Made by a program: the position numbers and the translations under genes
Source: Amphiscolops sp. MND2022
Lineage: Eukaryota
DNA: 64,000 nucleotides
Direction: 5' to 3'
Assembly (NCBI GenBank): GCA_964187785.1
Contig: OZ076414.1
Span: forward strand, 4,278,001-4,342,000
The notes under the pieces: generated by a model
Database searches by the model: none
What the model saw: only the letters and a program-made list of their open reading frames with translations
Told to the model about the DNA's origin: nothing
In this document: positions 38,056 to 49,069 of the stretch, one piece after another
How the letters are laid out: each line of letters opens with the position of its first letter
How positions within the stretch are numbered: the first letter of the stretch is position 1

Positions 38056-38311
38056 ATGAGTTCACCGGCGCAGGAAGGGCCGTCCCAGGCTGATGCAGAA
38101 GTAGCTGCAGTTGTGTTGGCAGCAGAAGGAGTGCTCACCGAGCTGGAGCAGTTCAGTTTCTCTTCGATAGGTAGTGAATTGCCTGCTGCTGTCGAGGAAA
38201 CCCTGTCGGGAGAGCGTTTTGGAACGTGTTGTCGCTTTGCGGGCAAGGTGACTGCTTCCAACAATGAGGCAGCTAACACGTTGTTGGAGATTGCGCTATC
38301 GAGTGAATTCC
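38056..38311 (+). CDS. hAT/ZBED-like cargo gene, exon 1
   Basis: ATG at 38056 (MSSPAQEG..), donor C|GTGAGT, phase 1; an upstream TTTTCAG acceptor suggests a 5' UTR intron. Confidence 0.7.
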
Positions 38312-38583
38312 GTGAGTAGTCTCATTATTTCTTTTCTTTTGCCCTCGCTGTGTGTAATTAGCGCTCAGGTAGTTTTGTAGGACAGTGACATCCGTAGTCG
38401 TGGGTCACAAGTAGTTTTTTCGAAATAATAACCGATAAAGGTTATCTTTCCTTCAGAGCATTCTGAATTATTGTAAGCCAGTATGTCGTTTGAGCGGTAC
38501 TAGCATTGAGGCATGTGTACTTCCCGGGATCCAATGCTCTGGGTAACTGAGGAGGTGGTTAATGAGACATTATTGTGCTTCAG

Positions 38584-38718
38584 AAGATTTATCGCTTGTA
38601 GACGTCGTAAAGTTACTCCGCTCACTGCTGGCTTCGAAACGAGGTGATGCCGCGGGTGGTTCACCCGAAATAACTGCTGTGGAAGATCGCTTCAGTTCCG
38701 TCCTTGCTGGTGAACTGG
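38584..38718 (+). CDS. hAT/ZBED-like cargo gene, exon 2
   Basis: GTGCTTCAG acceptor, G|GTAAGT donor, phase 1-1. Confidence 0.7.
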
Positions 38719-38844
38719 GTAAGTGGTCGGTTGTCATACATCATATCGAGTATACTGCTAGTCTTGGTTCGGTGTTTGGGTCGGCTGTGGTCCGTATGTC
38801 GTGTGACACACGTCATATAGCGGAAAAACTGATTTGTGTTGTAG

Positions 38845-39234
38845 GAACTTCTGCTGGCGTGCCCGTGACAAGGGCTGAAATGGAGTCTTCGCTGGCACGA
38901 ATGACGAAAGAATTGTCAGAGACAATCAAAGCAGTAATAGATGCGAAGTTCGGAGAGTTGGGTCCTGTTGGTGTGTTGGCAATCGAAGACTGTGTGCAGA
39001 AGTTGAAGGCGGCTACGGGCCAACTTGCGGGGGTTGCAATGACTTCTGGGAGCGGGGCGGATCAGGTCGTACCAGCTGTGCCTCCCGTTCAGTTGGAAGA
39101 GTCGATCAGTCCTGTGGCCGTTAGTAGTGCAGCGTCCTTCACTCCAAGTCAGTTGTCCGATGTGCCAACTGCGTTCGGAGGAGTGCGGTCGTTGGTGTCG
39201 ACGGGTGGAGGAGCTGCTACCTCATCAAAACCTG
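38845..39234 (+). CDS. hAT/ZBED-like cargo gene, exon 3
   Basis: GTGTTGTAG acceptor, G|GTAAAG donor, phase 1-1; helical then low-complexity sequence. Confidence 0.65.
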
Positions 39235-39411
39235 GTAAAGAATCTCAAAAGATCATGGGAGGGGTTTTAGTAACAGTTCCCAAACTCAAGGTATATAGGA
39301 GACTACACACGTTTTTTTTTGTTTTTTTTTTGAATTTAACGGGGGGTTAGGAGTCGTTGCTAGCACTATTTTGGGTTGCTGGTTTGCGTGTGAGTGTGTC
39401 GATTATTTCAG

Positions 39412-39974
39412 CGCGAGTGAGGAAAGTGAAGACGTTGAAGCCTTCATACTTTGTCTCAGGCGTGGTCGGGACTTTCGTGGGCTTCCCCCGACACAAACGA
39501 GTGGTGGATGGCTACGCTAGATGTCTCCTCTGTAAAGTAGATCTCAGCATTGCTGGGCGTGGCTTGTCTTCGTTGTGGGAACATTGGCGAGGCGTAGGAC
39601 ATACGCGCCTTGAGCAAAAGTATCGCATAATGATGCAAATGCCACTACTTGATAAAGCTTGCCGCCCAGTAACCGCAGAGGAGGATAGACGAATTCGCCA
39701 AGAAAGGATGACAGAGCCTCCAGTGTATCTGGAGTCCGAGTTGAGTTTGTCCGTGGATGAGAGGGTCGCGATTGAAGAGGCCGAAGCGTCTGCTGGTGAA
39801 AGACCAACATTGCCTACAGAGAGTGCGGCTTACCTGTGGTTAGGCCAATTCATAAGCAGCATTTGCAATGTTGCTTCGTTCGGTTCTGTGATGAGGATGG
39901 TGGAGTCATGGCGAGATGGTATGAGTGCTGAGCTACGTGTCGAGTGTCGCTCCTTGACTTATGCCCGATGTCAG
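39412..39974 (+). CDS. hAT/ZBED-like cargo gene, exon 4 (BED-like zinc finger)
   Basis: ATTTCAG acceptor, CAG|GTACGT donor. ARCLLCKVDLSIAGRGLSSLWEHWRGVGH (C-x2-C..H-x5-H). Confidence 0.8.
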
Positions 39975-40144
39975 GTACGTGTATACATTTGCTGTTTTTG
40001 GGCTTTAGTACTGAATGCGTGTTTGCGGGCTTTGGTTGTGAAAAGGGGGGGTTTCTCAACGCGTTGATATGGGTACAGTTGTTTTTGTGTGAATCTATGA
40101 GGTGAAGGTGAGCTCCTCATTTGTGTGATTGGCTGTGTTTACAG

Positions 40145-40633
40145 AGTTTGGTGTTGTACGCACTGTACCGGTTCGTCGTCGAACAGTTGGACTGTCTGCT
40201 ATCCCGTGGTAAGAATGTTGGTTTGAGCTTGAGAAGACAGAACTCTGATTGGATCTGTGAGTGTCATGTGGTCGGAGACTGTGCGATCAAGACTGTGGTT
40301 TTTGGCGTAGTGGCCGCCGGAGCTGGGTGGGAGACGAGTATGATTGCCAATGTAGTACCAGTGTTACTCAGTTTGCAACATGCCTCAAATATCAAGATGT
40401 ATAGCACTGAGTCTGAGACCCGAATTGGACATGCTCTAGCAGCAGCAATTGGAATCACTGATCCCTTGGTTGTCGGTCGAGTGACCCAAATATGGTTGTT
40501 GGATCTCGTGAGGAAGCAATTCCTAGCGGAATTTGGCGGTCTCGACCCACTCAGCGTGTTGGACTACTTGCGTGTTCGTTTAGCCGCTGTAGTGCAGGAG
40601 GGCTTCATGGATCGATTGCCGAAACTTAGACGA
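40145..40633 (+). CDS. hAT/ZBED-like cargo gene, exon 5 (RNase-H-like core, degenerate)
   Basis: GTTTACAG acceptor, CGA|GTAAGT donor, phase 0-0. Confidence 0.8.
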
Positions 40634-40798
40634 GTAAGTACTTGGCATTATCGTTTATGATGTGGGTATGTATAGGACATTGGTTCGTTAATATATACAC
40701 GGATATATTTTATTGTTTTTGGTAAATTGAAACGTTAGGTGCGTAGCCTATGACAGTAAGTAGATTATGTCAAACTTTCAGCTGTGTTTTTTTTGCAG

Positions 40799-41009
40799 TT
40801 CATTCGCTTTGGAGGGAGTGATGTGGTTGTGTTGGCCTCATTGTGTACTGAAGTCGTTGAGCACTGGAATGATCTAGCTGTGTACTTTGGCACTCACAGG
40901 CCTAGCGTGACTTCTGAGCTGCGTCTGGTTACTCCGCTTGAGGTGCAAGTTTTCGACGATGCAATGATGCGCCCCCGGTTTGCTGTGTTACGACTCATTC
41001 TGGATTTGC
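40799..41009 (+). CDS. hAT/ZBED-like cargo gene, exon 6
   Basis: T-rich GCAG acceptor, C|GTTAGT donor. IRF..LCTEVVEHWNDLAVYF resembles hAT TRW.S..RILEQW..L..YF. Confidence 0.8.
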
Positions 41010-41202
41010 GTTAGTTGTCACACGTTTCGATTTTTTTTGTTTTTTTTGTTGATTTTTTTTGTTTGGGTTTTGAATTTGGTGTGATGTAGTAAGTGGCTAG
41101 ACATAGGCGCGTTTTTCAATATGACTCTTTTGGTGAAGTAATCCTAAGTCGGAAAAAAGAGGGTATGAACGCTGATTCATGTGTTTTGTTTTGTGTTTGC
41201 AG

Positions 41203-42539
41203 TAGTCGAGACTTGTCCGCGTTTGTGCAGAAGTGGCAGAGACAGTAACATGTTAGCAGAGCGCGAGCTGTCACAATTCGTCCGAAAACTTATGTGTTTC
41301 GTGTATCCGCCTTCAGTGATCCCTGCGGAATTTGAAGTGAGAGCCCTGCTGGCACCGGTAGACTGCGAGTACGCGACAGTGGACGAGGGCCTTTACAAGC
41401 TGCACTTCGGGCAATATTTCCGATACGACGTACGAACCCAGTTGCCGTTCTTTTATAGATCGGTTCAGAAATTGTTGGGCGTTGTTTGTCGGGAAGTAAC
41501 AGGAGCATGGGAGCAAGGTGCTATTAGTCACTTTAGTATGACCCCGTTTGATCCAGAATTGATTCACAGAGGATCTGACGATCGGTGTATCGATGCTCTG
41601 GTTGGCACGTGTGCTACTCTGTCGAGATATCAACTCCTTGATGATGACGATGTTACTGCTGTACTACGACAATATCGGGAAGTGACACAATTCTTCAAGA
41701 AGAAGTGGACGTTGACAGAAAATGCACCGGTAGTTGACGACGTGGTAACTATGTGGTTCTCTTATCCCTACTGGTCACGATGTCAAGAGTTGTTGACCGT
41801 GGTCAACATTCTGTTTGGGCTGAATGCAGTTGGGACTTATGAGCTAGATTTTGTCGATGATGTGGACGTTGCGATGCCGGTAGATACCCTACGTTCCAGT
41901 TTACATTTTGTTCGGAGTTGGCTTGCCAAGTCTTATGCGGGACATACGCGTCAAACTCTAACTGGATTGCTACGAGTGTGCGAGACGAGTGATATGCAGG
42001 TCACTCGATTATCCGATGAGGCTCGAAGTAGACCATGGGATCAGCTGATGAAATCTGGGTTAGGTGAAGCCTTGGCGCGTGGTAATGCTACTTTGTCCAA
42101 TGAACTGTCACTCCCAACCACGGTGCGGATAGATGATTACCGGTCGAACGTATTGGCGCAACTTGATCTTGTGGAAGTGCTGAGTCCTCCCCGTGCCGGA
42201 AGGCGTAGTAGCCCGGTTCTTAAGCGCGGTACCTCAGTTAAGAAAGTTGTTCGGCGACAAGAAGACGTTACGTTGCCAGCAAGTGGATCTACCCCTATTC
42301 GGTCGTTGCAGCGAAGCAGGACGTCAATTCGGAAAAGTGCGAGGAGCGCAGTTCGTGAAGGGCCGTCTACAAGTCGTCAGCCTAGCGGGCGCCGGACTGG
42401 TGGAAAACCTCGGGGCAAGAAGTTCTTGCAGTTAGCAACCGTTGGTGACTCCGATAATGACTCGGCTAATGAAGTGGTTGTGAGTGGAAAGAAACGGCAA
42501 AGCCGTTGTGCACTATACTCATCGGATGAGCAAGATTAG
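41203..42539 (+). CDS. hAT/ZBED-like cargo gene, exon 7 (dimerisation-like region and basic tail)
   Basis: TTTGCAG acceptor, phase 1. DDVVTMW..WSRCQELLTVVNILFGLNAVGTYELDF; R/K/S-rich tail; ATTAAA at 42604. Confidence 0.8.
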
Positions 42540-44138
42540 AAGAAACTGGATAGAGAACATTTCGTGATTGAGTCAATTATTTTGCATTTGTTTTTTTTTT
42601 ATTATTAAACGTTTGAAGTTGGGATATTTGTTCTTGGCATGTTGACGTGCCTTTTGCTGTTACTATTTGGTGTTTGTGTATTCCTCGCTCTAGATGCTTG
42701 ATGGTTTATATGTAGACTTTACATGCGTTGTTTACATACTTTTAGTAGTGCTGATTGATTTCTTGGCTCAGCTTTGATTTCACGCGTGAGCAGGTGGTTA
42801 ATTTACATGTTGCTTACGTTATACAAATTTTTTACATGGGGGCTTCGTTAGCTGGTTTCAATTTGTCAGGAAGCTGAGTAGAGTTGTTTTTTTGTTTCAG
42901 TGAGATTGTATGGTGGTTACTTGCGTAGCCACCAATTTAGACAGAGTTTCATTCACGGAGGTTTACCCACAGGTCTCGGAAAGTGGTATTGAGGCCCTGT
43001 GGTTACACCAAGGTGAATGAACGGAGCTGTACCGCTCCTTCCCAATGATCGAACTAGATGCTTTGCAGGCTATATATACTCTAAGTGCGTGTGTTTTAAC
43101 TGGTGTTTACACGCATAAGTGTCATTCTAAGGTGTCAATCATTTTTTTTGTTTTGCTTTATATGTGTTGTTATACTCGTAAAATTGAGCGTTAGTTCTGA
43201 CGTCGTCATCACTGATGTGTGTCATGAGACGTCATCACTCGTGACGTGTGTCAAATGGTAACGTCAATTTAATGGAAGATGGGTTTCCCCATGTCAATTA
43301 AACAGATTTTTTTTCTCTTTTACAAGGGGTGGTCTGATCCATCCCTTGTTTCGAATTTTCGGGTATGTAGTGATAGTGACTACATGTGCTTTAAGTACCT
43401 TGTTCTTTCTGACGCGAGGCGAGGCCTACGAATCACCAGTAATAACGAGGGTGTCACGACTTAATTGTCGGGTGAAGTTGGCGTGACGACTGCATGTTAC
43501 TGTCCTTAAGAAGTTTCGCTTTGCTTTCAGTTCATTTGGGAGGTTATTTGCCGTCGCAAAAACCCATTCAAAACTAACACCGAATCCACTTGCTAAAGAG
43601 CAAGCTTCATCTGAATGTTTGTGCAACCACACAGACGCGCTTTTGACGACGCACCCACACAGCCGAACCACATCATGGCTTTCTGGAGCGGAAGTGTGAG
43701 ACTAGGTTCTGTTGACGTAACTTAAACGAGTCGGCGTTTTCTTTTTTGTACTCAACTATGGACTGAGACGTGTTTGAAAACAGTTTAGTTTAGCTGATTC
43801 AGGATTGGTGGGTGCAGAATTACCGAGCAATTCCTTTGAAAGTGTGTGGTTGGGATTTTTCGTGAATTGCATAATTTATTAGGTCGTTTGTACGTGCTTT
43901 ACATGTACTTAACAATTTCCGGTTGGAGTGATGTGGTGTATGTGACTGCATTTCATGTATTTACTTTAGCGCTCAGCTTTCTCGGTAGAGAGTAACATTT
44001 TACTCTGCCGGTAAACTTGAGTATGTAGGACAGTGAGTGTCAGTCGTCACTGAATGGTGTAAAATAAATAGGATAATTCAATGGTATGATTGCTGCATGT
44101 GGTGATATAGACTACATTGTATTGATTGCATGTATTCT

Positions 44139-47100
44139 CTATTGGCTTTCAGATTTGCGTTGCATGAATTTTAAAAGGGCGGGCTTTGCTTGCAGTTCGT
44201 GAACGAGGAAGTTGTCGAACGTTTTAGGCACAGGTGCCTCACGAAGGCTGTATCGAGTAATGTTGTTGCGTGTTATCGGTGTAGGTGTTTCGGCAGATGA
44301 TGTGGTTGACTCCGCATCATTATGTGTCGGAATTTGTTTTTCAGACTCATGATTAGGCAGCGATGTAGGTGGTTCGTCAGATTGAATTTCAGTTCTATTT
44401 TGGTACGTATTTTCGGTGCGGATGGCTTCAGGAAGCGGGTTAGACAGAGGTGGGACTTCGTGAACCCGTTTGTGTTCATAATAAATTGTTCCGTGCTCGG
44501 AAGCGATTGCTTCAGTTTCGTTTGTGTCGAGTTCAAATGTGTTTTCAGCTGGCGGTGATCGTTCGATTGCAGGCAGATTATCGTTGAATATTGACTGATC
44601 GTCAATTGCGTCAGGATCACTGTAATGTCGGTTTACGTCATCAGTCACGTCTTCAATTTTGTCGTGAGGTACAAATGGGCGGAGCCGCATTCTATGTACG
44701 CACTGCGTCTTGAAGGTACCGACTTTTCGGATGATATAATTCGATTGTGTCAAGACCTTAACAACTTTGTAAGGTCCTTCCCATTTGAAAGAGTTGAAAG
44801 GGATTTTTTCTGATTGTGTGCTGATTTTAGGATTCAGTAAAAAAAACAAAGTCGTTTACTCTAATGGTGATGCTTGTGCCTTTCGGTCATAGTACGCTTT
44901 GTACTTGTGAAAGGCTCGGATGATATTGGTGTGAGTTTCTTTGAATTTGGTGTTCAGGTTGTCCACTAACGACTGTGTATCAGTGGCATTCCTCGGGGGA
45001 CTAAGAGGGTTGCCAAATTTTAAGTCTAGTGCGTTGTATGGCACGCGGCCGTGGAAGACTTCAGTCGGTGAACATTTCAGGGTTTGGTGGTAGGTCGTAT
45101 TGTGCGCCATCACAGAGAGGTTGACGTATCGGTCCCACTGAGGGCGGTCGGCAGAGACGTTTATTTTCAGAATCTGTTTCAAACGTTGATGCGACCTTTC
45201 GATCATCCCAATAGTTTGGGCATGTTTGATTGTCGCGTGGGAAACTTTTATCCCAGACTTTTCCATCAGTTCAGTTATTACTTGTGAGGTGAAGGCAGAA
45301 CCTTTGTCAGTGATGATGTGTTTTGGCACATATGCGTGTTTTGTGAAAATGTCTAGCAGAGCCTCGACGACAGATTTTGTGTCAGGTTTACGGATTGGGA
45401 TGGCAAACAGATATCGTGAAAAGTAGTCGCAGGCCGTCAGAATGTGTGAGTACCCATTAGATCGCGGTAACTCACCTACGAGATCAATTTCCAGGACGTC
45501 TTCAGGACCATTGCAAGGGTCGTATATCGGTTCAAGCGGTGGTTTCACGGTGTTAGGTTTCACAGGTTTAGCTTTAATACAGTCTTGGCAGTTGTTTACA
45601 AAGTTTTGGACCTTTTCAGCTAAGTTCGGGATGTAGTACCTTTTCCTTAGTTCAGCTAACATTTTGGAAGCGCCAGGGTGTCCCTGCATGGGGTCGCCAT
45701 GCATCGTCCTGATTATGGCTTCCGTAGTTTCTGGAGGAACTACAATTTGTCGGTAAGCTAAGTTTCCTACGTTGTCAAAAAACTGCCTGTACAACGCGTT
45801 GTTCACTACTTCAAGTCTTTTACGGTTCTTAAAGAGTTTTTGGAAAAAGGTACTTGTAAAGTTCACTTGGTTCGGAGGAGTTTCTTGGACAGTAAGGATC
45901 CTAATTACACGTTGAACGTCACTGTTTTCGCCTTGAGCCTTAACAATTTCTGAAGTCCCCGAAGGGCATACCTGATTTACCGCGTGAACCTGGTTCCGTT
46001 GGCAAAATCGGGTGAAGAACAGTGCTGGGTCAGAGGGCGTTACAAATGGTTGCACCTGGGTTTTGATGTCATCAATGCGTCTACGGTACTGTTCGTCGTC
46101 TTCGTGACACCATTGAGGGAACATCGCCAAGAGTGACTGCATCGTTGGATTTGGTGGTGTTGTAGCATCAGGCACATTCGTCGCGTCTGGAATGTAATCG
46201 TCTTCCTCATCGTCCTGTTTGGGTGTTTTTGATGCCAAGTCAATTTCGACCTTGAAGACTGGTATCTCGTCGTGTAGCTTGAGGTGGATCTTGTCCTTTG
46301 GGTGGATGTCGATTCTGGACAGGTAGTCAGCTGCTGGGTTCTCGACTCCAGGTACATGGGCCAGGACGAAGTCGAATTGGAGGGCTTGGTCGCAGTAGTT
46401 CCACAGTTTAGGAGGTATTCGTTTAGACTGGAAGAATCTTGTGAGGGCTTTGTTGTCAGTCATGACGATTGTCGGTTTCTTCACTCCCCACAAGATATGA
46501 GCGAACTCATCAAATGCGAAGTGCATAGCCAGGAACTCTTTTGCATACATCGTGAGCGACATCTGGCCCTCAGTAAACCTTTGTGAACCAAAGGCTACTG
46601 GTGCGTATGGCTTCGTCGGTCCGTCATTCGTCTCAGTGTAATCCTCGATCAAGAGAACGTATCCAGCTGCATGCTCGCTAGCATCGCACATGATCACTAG
46701 TTGTTTGTCCGGAAGTGGTAGTCGCAGGGACATCTTGGCTGCGTTTGCTAGGTTCTCATTGATGTCGAACATGGCATCTTTGTGGACTTGCGTTAGTTCG
46801 AATTTGGCGTCTTTCTGTAGGAGTTTGTAGAGTGGAACAAGTTTTTCTGCTAGGCATGGAATGTATTGGCGGTAGAATTGGACGAATCCAATGTATCGTT
46901 GTAAAGATTTCACAGACGTCGGTAATTTGATGTTTTTCAAAAACTTGTCAAATTTTTCTTCGATGGGGGCTACTCCCTTGGAGGTGATGCTACGTCCCAG
47001 GAATTCCATCTCAGGGTGTCCGAAAGCACATTTGGCCATCGACAGTTTCAGGCCAGCTTGTTTGAGTTTCATGAACACAGCCTCAATGTTGTCGACTAGC

Positions 47101-48788
47101 TTTTCGACATTGTTGGCTGCAATGCCGATGTCATCGACGTATTGGGCACATTTGTCGGCCTTGACCAAGGGGTCCAAGTACTCTCGAACAGTACTGTTGA
47201 AGGCTGATAGTGATCGATTCAATCCTTGGGCTAGTCTGAGGTAGGCGAACGTCCTACTTCCGAAGTTGAAAGCGAGTAACTGGACTGACTGTTCATCTGC
47301 CATTTGCAAACAATGGTATGCTTGTGAACAGTCCAGTTTGCAGAAATATCGCTTTCCTGCCATGTGTTGTGCTGCGTCTGCCATCGTCGTCACCGGATGG
47401 TTGTGCTGATTGTAGTCATTCTTCAGCAAGTGATTGATCCGTCTGAGGTCTACGAGGATTCTAAGCTTCCCATTTGGTTTGCGTTGGGCGAAGATGGGTG
47501 AAGAGTACTTGCTGTACGGCAATGTTGTGATTATGCCGTACTCCTGCATCAACGCCAATTCAACCAGTAAGTCGTCTTTCAGGTTCGTCGGTGTGGGTAA
47601 GCTTTGAGCATAGACTGGTTCGTCGTGTTTGGGAGTCAACTTTATCTTGAATTCGGTGTTGATCCCTATGTCCAGTCTATGTCTGGCGAATATATCATGG
47701 TACTTGACCAATAGGGCCTCGATTTTCTGTTTCTCGTGAAGGCTCAGTATTGATTGTTCCCACTGGAAATTTGCCAGAAATTCATGGCGTTGTTCGTCAC
47801 TTGCTGTTGGATCTAGATTCTCCTCGGCCCTGAGTTTGACGATTTCGTCATAGATTCGTTTTTCAATCTTGTTGAGTTTTGACGTGTCGTCACAAGTCTC
47901 AGGGGTAGGGTACCATCTTCTATCTGATGTGGTAGTCGGATCCTGGAAGATTTGGTTCAAGACAGCTTCGGCATCATCTGGGTACTGGGAAATCAGGTTT
48001 AGTTGGTGGTTGGTCATCGGTTGGAGGTTGTTGGCTTGCTTCGGTGTCATTATTTTGAATGAAGCCACTGGTGTACCCACATTGATGGTAATTTGGTAGT
48101 CGAGTGGGTTTGTGATCTGGACATGAGTCCGCCCCTCCTGGGTCTGGTTGAGAGCTGGAGAAACCAACAGATGTGAGCGTCTTTCAAAGGCTGGTAGTCC
48201 TTCGACAGTGCCAGTGATGTCGCCTAGGTCGCGTTCAATCACCACCGGGACGAACACTTGTTGATTGGGTTGGATCACAGTCTTCTGAGTTGTCTTCAAT
48301 TCGAGTAGTTTGTTTTTGAATTTCCCGTTGACTGATCGTAATTGGAGGGTGATGTCCGGGAATTTGACGATGTTGTTGGCTAAATCCAGGGTAACGGAGT
48401 ATTTTTTGAAGAATGACATTCCAATGAGTATATTCCCCATCGTTGGGAGGACCATGAATGTCTCTTCGAAGATTTTTCTCCCGATGAAGAATCGTAGTAG
48501 GACTTGTTTCCTCACTGGAACGATGTTTCCATTGGCGATATGCACTTTGAACTCCGGAGCAGGGAGTTCCTGGAGGAGGGCGGCTGGGTGTGCTGTGAGG
48601 ATGCGGCGGAGTTCCGCTTCTGAGAGAGCACTTTGGATTGCTCCCGTGTCAAGTAGTCCGAAGTTTTCATATTCGCGGAATTGAAGTGGTACGTATAACA
48701 TCTTGTCCTTTTTGTTGAGTTGCAGGGTGGCACTCAACTGGCGTATTTCGTACTTCGGTTTCTTCTGTTGGTTTCCTGGTTTTGACAT
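44139..48788 (-). CDS. pol: pol of element B (protease, RT, RNase H, integrase, GPY/F), one in-frame TAA at 44856-44858
   Basis: LLDTGA, QYVDDIG, VIMCDASE, H..GHPG..CQDC, IDLVGELP, TDKGSAF..IERSH, KWEGPYKV. Confidence 0.98.
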
Positions 48789-49069
48789 AGTGGTTCGTTT
48801 CTCATCATTCGGTTGGTCAGGCAGTGTGCGATATGAAATCGGGTGTTGGATGTTGTGGGCTTCAGGTCTTCGTTTGGTCTCCTTCGGTTTAATGGTGTAG
48901 TTGTCAGTTAAGTGTCTCGTGATGACGAAGTTAGTAGTTTCCTTAGTGTAAGTAGGAGGACGGGACTGCCACCCCGTGTGGTTTGCAGTATGTAGTCGGG
49001 TCAGAGGAGTAGTTTGTTGGTGTTGGTTTAGTAGCGCACTTTCGTATGTTTGAGGAGGATGACGTGGCT

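Noticed and set aside
43426-43671. Small minus-strand accessory ORF in element B
   Set aside because: GTG start, and the nearby ATG frame closes after 27 codons; no recognisable motif.
37072-44138. Cargo gene as an independently nested hAT DNA transposon
   Set aside because: I found no TIR pair or 8-bp TSD by eye, and the catalytic motifs are degenerate while the ORF is intact. Not excluded without alignment to sibling copies.
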